A stretch of 32,000 nucleotides of DNA from Longivirga aurantiaca (GCF_042660085.1 NZ_JBHSTI010000008.1:1080001-1112000), one strand, 5' to 3'. Positions 15,932 through 24,488 are shown, numbered from the stretch's first letter. A program made the numbers and translations. The notes: a model not told the origin generated them from the letters alone.

Positions 15932-18139
15932 ATGGACAGCAGAGAATCGCGGGACAACTTCCTCGACGTCTTCTTCGGGCCTGGCAATGACCTCGGGATA
16001 GACCCGAACACCATCGAGGGCGCTGATCCATCGCACAACTTCCTGAAGGACCTGATTCACGACGTGAGGGAAGGTTCGCCGTGGCCCTGGCTCTTGCCTC
16101 GGCGGGTAGGTGACGGAGCACAGCCAACCTGGTACGCCATTGCCGCCGACTACGCCGATTTCCGACGCCTTGGCGCTGAGTTGGCCGCAGTGACAGGCGA
16201 TCCGTACTCGGACTTCTCTCCCGAAGCGGCATCGCTCGTATCGTCGGATCCAGTCGAGTTCGCGATCTTGAGTCTCGGTGCTAACGCCCACGCATACCGA
16301 TTCACTGCGTCGCCAGGACAGGTGGTCCCACTTCGAATCGCCCTGGAACGACTTCACCGCGCCTGGACTCTCCGACCGAAGCGCGGGTGGGTCCGCGTTC
16401 GCCCGTTGGGGCGCGTTCTACGAGACTTCGAACTTGCCTTGGCTGGGCACAAGTACGAGTCGGCGGTCGAGGCGATCGGGGAGATCGAGCGAAACCGGCA
16501 ATTGACGGCGACCAACCTCCTCTTTCTGCGCTTCCGGTTGGCAGCGACCTTCGAAGATCCACGAGACGCACTCAACTTGCCGGATGTGGACACGCTCATC
16601 ACCATCAGGCGACCCCTCGCAGTGACGACTGCGCTTCAGCAGATCGTCTTCGATGCAAATCTGGTCGATACCGATGGGCCGGTGCCTGTTGACCAGGCCA
16701 TCGAAATCTTCAGTCGGGACTTGGCCCAGTCATACGGTCCACTGTTCACCACCCTCAGAGCGAGCGACGACGCGTCGGCCGTCCGCCTGCAGATGCTCGC
16801 CACAGTCAACAGCGCTCGGCCAAACGAGGCGTTCGCTGACGAGGCGCTTGCGCGACCCTGGAACGCGGGTGTTCGGTCTTGGTTGCAGGCCGTTTGGGAT
16901 CGGCGCCAGCAGCGCTCCGACTCAGCGCGTACGGCGACCCAGAACTTCCAACTCGGCGATCTGGACGGGGCCTTCGCGGTCGCTCTCGTTGATGAACCGA
17001 GCCAACTGCGCGCGAAGATCCTCCTGGTTTCAGCAGTCTCCATTGGTACGAAAGACGCGGCACAGTCTGCGCTCGATGCTTTCGATGCACTGTCGCTGGA
17101 GGAGCAGGGGCAACTTGGGCTCGACGGTCTGGTCAAACTCGCCCTACTGGAACTCCGCGAGCGGACTCGCTTCCTTCCAAGCACGTGGGCGGACTGGTTC
17201 GATCGCATTGCGCAGCACCCCCATCGAGAGACCATCGACTTGCTGGACGAGGCGCTGCCAGGCTGGATGGCGTCGGAACTGGACTCTGATCAAGGTGTTG
17301 CGGCCCTCACCAACCTGTTCCTGGCAACCCGCCCGGGCGATCAGATGGCTCTCGTTGCCGACGCCGTTCCTAGAGCACTGACCTACTGCCAACGGTCGGG
17401 CGCTTCCGACACACGCTTGGCGCCACTTCATCATGCGCTGCTGGCCGTCCTCACATACGAGTCTGATCTGACCGCTACCGACCTGAGCACCATCTCTGAG
17501 ATCGCCGCGACTGTTCTTGGCTGCGGGATGGATGAGTCGCAGTACTCGGCGCTGCTAAGAGACCTGTTGGACGTCTGGACGCGCGTGAAGTCCTGGCGCC
17601 GCTGCGATTGGGCGGCCGACGTGCTGGACGCCGTTGTTTCGTCGCCCGCACCCGTGCCTGCCGAGCGTGATGCATTCGTGGTCGACCTCTACTCCCAATT
17701 GACTGCATACGCCGATCGTGTGAACGAGACCCAGCGCGTGTTGCTTCGCCTCCTTGGTCGGGAGGCGAGCCAACCAACCGAAATCTGGTCCTCACCCACA
17801 GAATCCGAGGACGAGATTGGTGGCACTGAGTCGTCTCCACTGTCGGGGTTGACCGTTGGCATCTACACGCTGGACGAGGGTGCGGCCGCCACAGTCCGAG
17901 GGTGGATTCTGGAGGTCGCTCCGTCGGCCCGCGTGGTGCTGAACCATGAACACGATGCCTCCGAGCGACTCACGGCGATGGTGAGAAGCAGCGATATCGT
18001 CGTTGTGGGGTGGGCGACGGCGAAGCACGCCGCCACCAATCACATCCGTGACGTGAAGCCGGACAGCACGCAAGTGGTCATGGCTCAAGGTCGCGGGGCG
18101 ACTGGTCTATTTCGAGCAGTCTTGTCTGCGATGGCGTAG
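15932..18139 (+). CDS. large hypothetical protein (735 aa)
   Basis: Long ORF with coding-type composition, mostly helical-looking. The C-terminal ~100 aa (LTVGIYTLDE...SSDIVVVGWATAKHAATNHIRD...QVVMAQGRGATG) looks like a small Rossmann-like alpha/beta module reminiscent of DUF2325 (tentative). Confidence 0.75.
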   Translation: MDSRESRDNFLDVFFGPGNDLGIDPNTIEGADPSHNFLKDLIHDVREGSPWPWLLPRRVGDGAQPTWYAIAADYADFRRLGAELAAVTGDPYSDFSPEAASLVSSDPVEFAILSLGANAHAYRFTASPGQVVPLRIALERLHRAWTLRPKRGWVRVRPLGRVLRDFELALAGHKYESAVEAIGEIERNRQLTATNLLFLRFRLAATFEDPRDALNLPDVDTLITIRRPLAVTTALQQIVFDANLVDTDGPVPVDQAIEIFSRDLAQSYGPLFTTLRASDDASAVRLQMLATVNSARPNEAFADEALARPWNAGVRSWLQAVWDRRQQRSDSARTATQNFQLGDLDGAFAVALVDEPSQLRAKILLVSAVSIGTKDAAQSALDAFDALSLEEQGQLGLDGLVKLALLELRERTRFLPSTWADWFDRIAQHPHRETIDLLDEALPGWMASELDSDQGVAALTNLFLATRPGDQMALVADAVPRALTYCQRSGASDTRLAPLHHALLAVLTYESDLTATDLSTISEIAATVLGCGMDESQYSALLRDLLDVWTRVKSWRRCDWAADVLDAVVSSPAPVPAERDAFVVDLYSQLTAYADRVNETQRVLLRLLGREASQPTEIWSSPTESEDEIGGTESSPLSGLTVGIYTLDEGAAATVRGWILEVAPSARVVLNHEHDASERLTAMVRSSDIVVVGWATAKHAATNHIRDVKPDSTQVVMAQGRGATGLFRAVLSAMA

Positions 18140-18154
18140 GGGAAGGGCCGTGTC

Positions 18155-18610
18155 GTGATCGGGCTTTCGTCGACGGGGGATGCCTCCAGCGGACGAATCC
18201 AGGAGATCGTCTCGCTCCTGCTCAAGCAGGAGCTCGCGTTCGGCGAGGAGATCGTCCTCACGAAGCAGGACGGGCTTGTGACACATGCGCGTCCCGACTT
18301 CTTCTTCCGGCTGGCTCCGGACCGAGGTGTCCTGGCCGAGGTCGAGCGAGGCGGCACGACCACGAACAATCATGACCTCAAGGACATCTGGAAGACCCAC
18401 GTCAGCCCCGACGCGCAGCACCTCTTCCTTATCGTGCCGAACGCGAACTGGCGGGAAGGCGGTGCCGCGCGCGAGCGGCCCTTCCACCGGGTGGTGACGC
18501 GGCTGGGAGCGTTCTTCGGCGATCCGAGGCGCGAGGTCGATGTCGTGAGCCTTCTCGTCTTCGGCTACGGCCGTGACGGGTGGGGGCCACCCGTCACGGC
18601 CGAGGGCTAA
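18155..18610 (+). CDS. small PD-(D/E)xK nuclease-like protein (151 aa)
   Basis: GTG at 18155 lies 7 nt after GGAAGGG and 15 nt after the upstream stop. Contains RPDFFF...GVLAEVERG...LKDIWK, a D...ExE/K-type restriction-endonuclease-like core. Confidence 0.7.
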   Translation: MIGLSSTGDASSGRIQEIVSLLLKQELAFGEEIVLTKQDGLVTHARPDFFFRLAPDRGVLAEVERGGTTTNNHDLKDIWKTHVSPDAQHLFLIVPNANWREGGAARERPFHRVVTRLGAFFGDPRREVDVVSLLVFGYGRDGWGPPVTAEG

Positions 18611-18616
18611 GCGGCG

Positions 18617-19447
18617 TCAGCGCCAGACGTAGCCGCCGTAGCGGCTGGCAAGGTCGAGGTCGCCGGGCCGGATGGCGATCGGCCCGCCAGTCTTCGCCAG
18701 CGGGCCGAGTGTCGGCCGTGAGCCGTCGGCGCAGGGCACGCATCCGAGCCGCGACAGGAGGAGACCCCGGTGGACTTTCCAGAGCAGCGCGGCGTGGATC
18801 GACGCCGACACCCAGGGACCACCGCGCATCGTGCACAGCGCGTCGGGCTCGTCGTCGATCCGCATTGGACAGGTGGGCGGTGACGCCACGTCCTCGCGCA
18901 AGGCGATGCCGCCCCGCAGTCCGGGCAGGATCCCGGTCGGGACGATGGTCAGTGTGGTGGGGGACAGGGCGGTGATGGCCGGCTGCCAGTAGTCACGGGC
19001 GATCTCGAGGATCGCCTCTTCGCGGATGCCGGTCACAACGAGGGCGTCCTCGACCCAGGACCGGTCCGGAGGTGTTGTCGCGGCCACGCCTTCGATCGAT
19101 GCGCCCTGCTCGGCCAGCTCGCTCCGGAGGCGCTCGTTCAACCTCTCGTTCTCCGAGAGCGATCGGCGGTTACCCAGTGGGTTCCAGGCCGTGACCAGCC
19201 AGTGGTCGGCGGGCGCCGCAGCCTCGATCTCCTCGGGTGTGAGCGGGCGCTCGACGGAGGCGCGCGTCACGACGTTGCCGACCTCTGTCCGCCACGTGTG
19301 CTGCTGGATCAGATACGACTCGATCACGCTCGTGTTGGGCCGCTGCCGCACGCTCCGACCTTCGGGTCGGCCGAGGCCTTCAGGCTCGACGTACGGCACA
19401 AGGGCGTCGTGGGCGCGCTGGATCTCGGGATCGGTCATGTCGGTCAT
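18617..19447 (-). CDS. DUF3293-family protein with a Cys-containing C-terminal extension (276 aa)
   Basis: ORF 18617..19696 trimmed to the ATG at 19447 (MTDMTDPEIQ), preceded by GAGGGGG. WLVTAWNPLGNRRSLSENERLNERLRSEL...WVEDALVVTGI...QPAI fits the DUF3293 signature. The C-terminal ~110 aa (CPMR...LCTMRGGPW...LGCVPC) is unassigned. Confidence 0.8.
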   Translation of the reverse strand: MTDMTDPEIQRAHDALVPYVEPEGLGRPEGRSVRQRPNTSVIESYLIQQHTWRTEVGNVVTRASVERPLTPEEIEAAAPADHWLVTAWNPLGNRRSLSENERLNERLRSELAEQGASIEGVAATTPPDRSWVEDALVVTGIREEAILEIARDYWQPAITALSPTTLTIVPTGILPGLRGGIALREDVASPPTCPMRIDDEPDALCTMRGGPWVSASIHAALLWKVHRGLLLSRLGCVPCADGSRPTLGPLAKTGGPIAIRPGDLDLASRYGGYVWR

Positions 19448-19580
19448 GGGGGCCCCCTCGTCGCTTCCGCCCATCGGTCGAGGGGCGGCGGATCTTCCTC
19501 CGGGGGCACCGTGCGACGAGCTGCGCGGTTGCCAGGCGACCAGCCGGAGGGCTTGTGGTCGCGCTTCTTGATCTGGGTGA
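19448..19580 (-). promoter_or_regulatory. candidate riboswitch leader with SAM-I/SAM-IV-like architecture (copy 1)
   Basis: On the minus strand: GAUC/GAUC (P1). GCGACC...GGUCGC (P2). GGCAACC-hairpin-GGUGCC (P3 with a bulged A). CCGGAGG is complementary to CCUCCGG in the P2 loop. CCGCCC...GGGCGG hairpin. The 3' ACGAG is complementary to the P3 loop and overlaps the SD. The helices are kept by compensatory changes in copy 2. Confidence 0.55.
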
Positions 19581-19585
19581 ACTGT

Positions 19586-20512
19586 ATGCCGGACCACCGA
19601 CAACGCGTCTGGCACAGTGGCCGTGTGGGGGTTGATCCGGTCGAGCGGCTGCTCGCGCTGCAGCAGTACCGGCACAACGGGGCCCGGGTGCCGCACAAGC
19701 CGCTGCTCGTTCTGCTGGCGCTCCAGAAGCTTGCGACGACGGGCTCGAGCGACCTCGCCTGGAGCGAGGCCGAGGACCGTCTTGCCGGACTGATCGCGGA
19801 GTTCGGCCCCACGACGAAGACGAGTCGGCCTCAGAGCGCGGCCTACCCGTTCACGCGACTCCGCGCGGACGGCGTGTGGGCGTTGTCAGTTGATGTGCCC
19901 GACGACCTAGTCACGCCACTGCGCGAGACCGACGTCCACGGCCGGCTCGATCCGGCGATCGACGCGGCGCTCATCCAGGACCCTCGACGGCTGGAGGGAG
20001 TAGTGCGCAGCCTGGTCGACGCTCAGTTCCCCAGCACGATCGCGCCCGACGTTCTGCTGGCTGTCGGGTTCGACCCGGAGCTGCTCGCACCGGGCTTGGC
20101 CGCGGTGACGCCGGAGGAGCGCAAGCGCAGCGTTGCTTGGCGAGACGCGATCGTGCGCGCCTGGGACGGCGCCTGCGCCTTCTGCGGCTATGACGGATCG
20201 CTGGGCGGAGCGCCGGTCGGGATCGAGGCCGCCCATGTGCGCTGGTTCAAGGTCGGCGGCCCCGACGAGCTCGACAACGGGCTCGCGCTCTGCTCCTTGC
20301 ACCACAAACTCTTCGACCGCGGCGCCCTCGGGCTGTCACCGGATGCGCGGGTGCAGGTGTCGGAGCACTTCCGGGCATCTGGTGTTGGCAAGCAGGTCTA
20401 CGACCTTCACGGCCGGGAGCTCCGGCCGCGGCCGGGCGCTCAGTTGCCCGCGCCGGTCCACGTCGAGTGGCACCGCACCCAGGTCTTCAGGGGCGATCCG
20501 CTCGCTGCCTGA
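19586..20512 (+). CDS. HNH_2-type endonuclease with an N-terminal winged-helix-like domain (Type IV / McrA-like, 308 aa)
   Basis: Trimmed to the ATG at 19586. N-terminal YRHNGARVPHKPLLVLLALQKL...FGP...YPFTRLRADGVWAL. C-terminal CAFCGYDG...IEAAHVRWFKVGGPDELDNGLALCSLHHKLFDRG is an HNH_2 motif. Confidence 0.8.
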   Translation: MPDHRQRVWHSGRVGVDPVERLLALQQYRHNGARVPHKPLLVLLALQKLATTGSSDLAWSEAEDRLAGLIAEFGPTTKTSRPQSAAYPFTRLRADGVWALSVDVPDDLVTPLRETDVHGRLDPAIDAALIQDPRRLEGVVRSLVDAQFPSTIAPDVLLAVGFDPELLAPGLAAVTPEERKRSVAWRDAIVRAWDGACAFCGYDGSLGGAPVGIEAAHVRWFKVGGPDELDNGLALCSLHHKLFDRGALGLSPDARVQVSEHFRASGVGKQVYDLHGRELRPRPGAQLPAPVHVEWHRTQVFRGDPLAA

Positions 20513-20626
20513 TCCCGTGCTGTGGGCACCGTCGGCTACGGTGCTGGAGTCAGGTCTGTGGGGGTCTAAGGGGGCTTGTGTGGACGGCGAAGTCGAGCTG
20601 GTCCGAGACGGGGACGGCCTCCCGTC

Positions 20627-21832
20627 ATGGGCGACCCTGCGGCCGTCGACGCGTTCCTGGCCTCGGAGGGGCTTACGGGCCTCGACCTAGGACTGCCGCG
20701 CCTTCGGTCTGTCATGAACGCCGGCTCCACCGCAGCCCAGGCGGGCTCGCAGCTGGCCTCCGCATCCGGCCGGTGGGTGAAGCTGAGCAAGGAGTCTGCG
20801 AAGGCCATCGACCAGTACGGGCTGAGGCAGAGCTCGAAGAGCGGCCTGAGCACGGGAGTGCTCAGAGGGAAGTCCGGCCAGATCAAGGGCTTCGTGGAGT
20901 TCGCCAAGACCCCGGGGGCTGCTCTCGCCAACCCGGCAGTGCTCGCGGGAGTCGGCGGGATCATGGCCCAGATGGCCATGCAGCAAGCCATGAACGAGAT
21001 CACCGACTACTTGGCCGTCATCGACGAGAAGGTCGATGACATCCTGCGCGCGCAGAAGGACGCTGTGATGTCGCGGATGATCGGTGTGGGTTTCGTGGTG
21101 GACGAGGCCATGGCGCTGCGTCAGCACCGCGGCCGAGTTGATGAGACGACGTGGTCCAAAGTGCAGGCCTCACCGGCCACCGTCGCCGAGACACAGGTGT
21201 ACGCACTGCGGCAGCTTGATGCCCTCGCCGAGAAGATGGAGCGTCACAGCAAGGTGGGCGATCTCGCCAAGATCGCCAAGGACGCAGAGTCTTCGGCCCA
21301 GGAATGGCTCGCAGTGCTTGCGCGCTGCGTCCAGCTGCAAGACGCCATCGCCATCCTCGAGCTCGACCGCGTTCTGGACGCCTCGCCTGACGAGCTCGAC
21401 GGCCACCGCATGGGTCTTCGGGCCGCCCGCGAAGATCGGCTGGCGCGGATCTCACGGACCACGCAGCAGCTGCTCGACCGGATGACTTCCGCGGCCGCCG
21501 TGGCCAACACGAAGGTGCTGCTCCACCCGACCACGGCTCCCGGGGTCGTCCATGCCACCAACCAGGTCGCCGACGCCGTGGTCGAGTTCGACCGTCGACT
21601 CGGGCTGGAGCACGAGCGTCAAGCGCTGGAGGCCCGAACGTGGACCGAGGCCGCCACCGACGCTCGGGACAAGGCCCTCGAGACGGGCGCGGACGGGTTC
21701 GACACCGCGAAGCGGCTGGGCGGCCAGTCCGTTGACCGTGTCAAGTCCGTGTCGGGTGGTTTCACGAACCGCATCACCGATCGAGCGCGGCGGACGCGTT
21801 CGTCGGATGACGACGCGGCCGCCGAAGACTGA
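20627..21832 (+). CDS. hypothetical, predominantly helical protein (401 aa)
   Basis: Trimmed to the ATG at 20627 (MGDPAAVDAF). A hydrophobic/Gly-Met-rich segment (NPAVLAGVGGIMAQMAMQQAMNEI) is followed by a long helical region. No family recognised. Confidence 0.7.
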   Translation: MGDPAAVDAFLASEGLTGLDLGLPRLRSVMNAGSTAAQAGSQLASASGRWVKLSKESAKAIDQYGLRQSSKSGLSTGVLRGKSGQIKGFVEFAKTPGAALANPAVLAGVGGIMAQMAMQQAMNEITDYLAVIDEKVDDILRAQKDAVMSRMIGVGFVVDEAMALRQHRGRVDETTWSKVQASPATVAETQVYALRQLDALAEKMERHSKVGDLAKIAKDAESSAQEWLAVLARCVQLQDAIAILELDRVLDASPDELDGHRMGLRAAREDRLARISRTTQQLLDRMTSAAAVANTKVLLHPTTAPGVVHATNQVADAVVEFDRRLGLEHERQALEARTWTEAATDARDKALETGADGFDTAKRLGGQSVDRVKSVSGGFTNRITDRARRTRSSDDDAAAED

Positions 21833-22011
21833 GATCCCACCACCAACTCCCACAGGCAGTGGGGGAGTCTCGCTCAACCATCGATCGGGCTGGGGGCAAC
21901 CGTTTGCCGGGCAAGCTGCCCGACAGCGGATCGTGGACGGACACGCACGCCCAGATGCGGCCGTGAACGTCGCACCCCTGTGCCAGCATCGGTCCCGGAG
22001 GGGATGCACTG

Positions 22012-22992
22012 ATGAAGCAAGGGTTGGCGGATCGCGCCGCGGGCGCGCTGCTCGGGATGGCGGCCGGCGACGCGCTCGGTGCGGGCTACGAGTTCGGGCC
22101 TGCGCTGTCGGCTGCTACTGAGGTCGAGCTGATCGGCGGCGGCTCGTTCGGCTGGGCGCCGGGGGAGTGGACCGACGACACGCAGATGGCCGTGCCTCTG
22201 CTCGAAGCCGCGGAACGGGCTGCCACATCAGGTACCGCGCTGACGGACCACCTCGATCACGTCGCTCGTCGATGGGTCGACTGGGCGGTCACGGCGGCCG
22301 ACGTCGGCAACCAGACCCGCTCGGTGATCTCGACGGTTCGACACTCGGGCGACGTGTCGGCCGCGGCGCTGTCGCAGGCGTCGCACGCCCTGCACGCGTT
22401 GACCGGTCGCACCGCCGGCAACGGATCGCTGATGCGCACGGCCCCCGTCGCGCTGGCCTACCTCTCCGATCCCGCGGGTCTCGCTTCGGCAGCCCGAGAG
22501 GTCAGCTCTCTGACGCACTGGGACGACGACGCCGGCGACGCGTGCGTGCTCTGGTGCCTCGCGATCCGGCATGCGATGCTGCACGGCGCCTTCGACCTCG
22601 CGGGTGGGCTCGACGCCCTGCCCGAGGAACGGCGTACGACGTGGGCCGCGCGGATCGCAGAGGCCGAGAAGGCGCGGCCGCGGGACTTCCCGGAGAACGG
22701 CTGGGTCGTGCACGCACTTCAGGGGGCATGGTCGGCGATCACGACCACGAAGGTGCCGGACGGCGACCCGCCGCTGCACCTGCGGCTCGCGCTCGAGAAC
22801 GCCGTGCGCGGCGGGGGTGACACCGACACGGTCGCCGCGATCGCGGGGCAGCTGCTCGGTGCTCGCTGGGGTGCATCGGCCGTGCCGATGGGGTGGACCG
22901 CGAAGCTGCACGGGTGGCCGGGCCTCACCGGTCAGGCGCTCGCCGAACGCGGCGCAGCGCTGGCTGGCGGTGCATCGCGGCTCAGGGCCTGA
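22012..22992 (+). CDS. ADP-ribosylglycohydrolase family protein (326 aa)
   Basis: The ATG is preceded by GGAGGGG. Motifs LGMAAGDALGAGYEF, EWTDDTQMA, GNGSLMR and GGGDTDTVAAIAGQLLGARWG are typical of the DraG/ARH family, with the metal-binding acidic residues present. Confidence 0.9.
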   Translation: MKQGLADRAAGALLGMAAGDALGAGYEFGPALSAATEVELIGGGSFGWAPGEWTDDTQMAVPLLEAAERAATSGTALTDHLDHVARRWVDWAVTAADVGNQTRSVISTVRHSGDVSAAALSQASHALHALTGRTAGNGSLMRTAPVALAYLSDPAGLASAAREVSSLTHWDDDAGDACVLWCLAIRHAMLHGAFDLAGGLDALPEERRTTWAARIAEAEKARPRDFPENGWVVHALQGAWSAITTTKVPDGDPPLHLRLALENAVRGGGDTDTVAAIAGQLLGARWGASAVPMGWTAKLHGWPGLTGQALAERGAALAGGASRLRA

Positions 22993-23079
22993 TCGCCGTG
23001 GCCGCTGGTCTTCTGGTTGCAGAGAGTAGTCCGCCGCGCTGCGGGTAGCGTCGTGCTGTCGCCGATGGAGTGAGGGAAC

Positions 23080-24120
23080 GTGGGACTGAGCACGCCCAAC
23101 ATCACCGCCCTGGTCTGGACGGACGCGAAGGAGGTGCTGCCTCACGAGGCGCACGACTTCACGCCCTGGCTGGCGGGCAACCTCGACCTCCTGGGCGACG
23201 CGCTCGGACTGGACGAGATGGCGCTGGTCCAGACGGAGTGGAAGGTCGACTCGTTCGCCCTCGACATCCTTGCCCGCGGGCGTGATGCCGATGGCGAGGT
23301 CACGGTCGTCATCGAGAACCAATACGGGCAGACCGACCACCGGCATCTCGGTCAGATCCTCACGTACGCCGCGCATGCCGCCGCTGGCGGCCACCGGGTG
23401 CTCGCTGTGTGGATCACCGAAGAGGTAAGGCCCGCGCACCTCGCTGCGGTCGAGTTCGTGAACCGGGTGGCGGCCTCGGACGAGTCGTCGTTCGGCATGG
23501 TGCTGATGCGGGTGCGCTTCGCCCCGGCACCCTCCGGCTGGCACGTCGATTTCCAGGTCGACTCTGAGCCCAACACCTTCCTGGGATCCTCGACCACGAC
23601 CGGCGGTGGCGGCTCCACGGCCGGGGCGCGGGGGGCCTTCCTCGAAGCGGTGGTCGCGCAGGTGGATCCCGCGGTCGCCTCGGCCGGGGTCAAGAGGTCA
23701 GGCGGAATCAACCGGAAGCAGGGCGCTGCCATCTATCGATTCCCGCTGGGGGTCGAGCTGGGGAAGTACGCCACCATGCGCATCGTGATCGGAACGGACT
23801 TCACGAACACGGCGCTCTACATCCAGAGCAGGCCGACTGCGGAGGAGAACAGGGCCATAGCCGTCGTGGTCCGTGAGCACGCCGAACCCTGGATCGCCCA
23901 CTACGGCCTCCGAGTCGACGAGTGGTTCGGGAGCGCGGAGACGACCAAGCGCGAGCGGATCATCACGCACTTCGAGCACGGCTACCTCGACGGCCAGGCG
24001 GCCCAGATCGCCAAGGACGCGGCTACGGTGGTGAGTGCCTGGGCGCGTCTGCTCGCGGAGCATCCGCTGACGAACATCCTTGAGCAGGCCGCGCAGGTGA
24101 CGCCGAACGAATCGGTCTGA
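23080..24120 (+). CDS. PD-(D/E)xK nuclease-like protein, DUF4268-type (346 aa)
   Basis: The GTG is preceded by GAGGGAA. HDFTPWLAGNLDLLGDALGL...FALDILA...VVIENQYGQTDHRHLGQILTYAAH is the conserved N-terminal nuclease module of this family. The C-terminal half is DUF4268-like. Confidence 0.8.
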   Translation: MGLSTPNITALVWTDAKEVLPHEAHDFTPWLAGNLDLLGDALGLDEMALVQTEWKVDSFALDILARGRDADGEVTVVIENQYGQTDHRHLGQILTYAAHAAAGGHRVLAVWITEEVRPAHLAAVEFVNRVAASDESSFGMVLMRVRFAPAPSGWHVDFQVDSEPNTFLGSSTTTGGGGSTAGARGAFLEAVVAQVDPAVASAGVKRSGGINRKQGAAIYRFPLGVELGKYATMRIVIGTDFTNTALYIQSRPTAEENRAIAVVVREHAEPWIAHYGLRVDEWFGSAETTKRERIITHFEHGYLDGQAAQIAKDAATVVSAWARLLAEHPLTNILEQAAQVTPNESV

Positions 24121-24136
24121 CCGGCTTCGTTCGCCG

Positions 24137-24478
24137 TCACGAGCACCAGGTGGTCGATCGCCGAGCCACGTCGTACACCTGCTCGACCTGAGCGGTCGTC
24201 ATCAGGACGGTCGAGCGCTTGAAAGCCCTGGGCACGTCCATGCGGTCGAGGATGCCGACGTCGTCCGGCCTGCCCTTGATCGTGACGTCCGGGATGAGCG
24301 CACCGGTCGTGAAGATGAGGACCGGCTTCACGAAGACGGGGAAGCCGACGGCGGTAGTCAGGAGCTTCGTCGCGCGTTCGCCCTCGAAGCGGGAGTTGCG
24401 CAGGTAGTCGGTCCGGTGCCCGTTGACGAGGATCGCGTTCTTGCTGACCCAGACCTTCTTGCCGGGCGCAGAAGGAAA
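24137..24478 (-). pseudogene. NERD-domain protein remnant (C-terminal part only)
   Basis: My translation of the minus frame gives ..GKKVWVSKNAILVNGHRTDYLRNSRFEGERATKLL...FPVFVKPVLIFTTGAL...GILD...L..., which is NERD-like. The frame is closed by a TGA just upstream (~24479-24481). There is no N-terminal half; the DUF4352 gene starts at 24489 on the other strand. Confidence 0.55.
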
Positions 24479-24488
24479 CGGGGATCAC

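Noticed and set aside
22228-23544. 438-aa minus-strand ORF
   Set aside because: It is antisense to the ADP-ribosylglycohydrolase and DUF4268-type genes. It is Arg/Pro/Gly-rich and is a shadow ORF.
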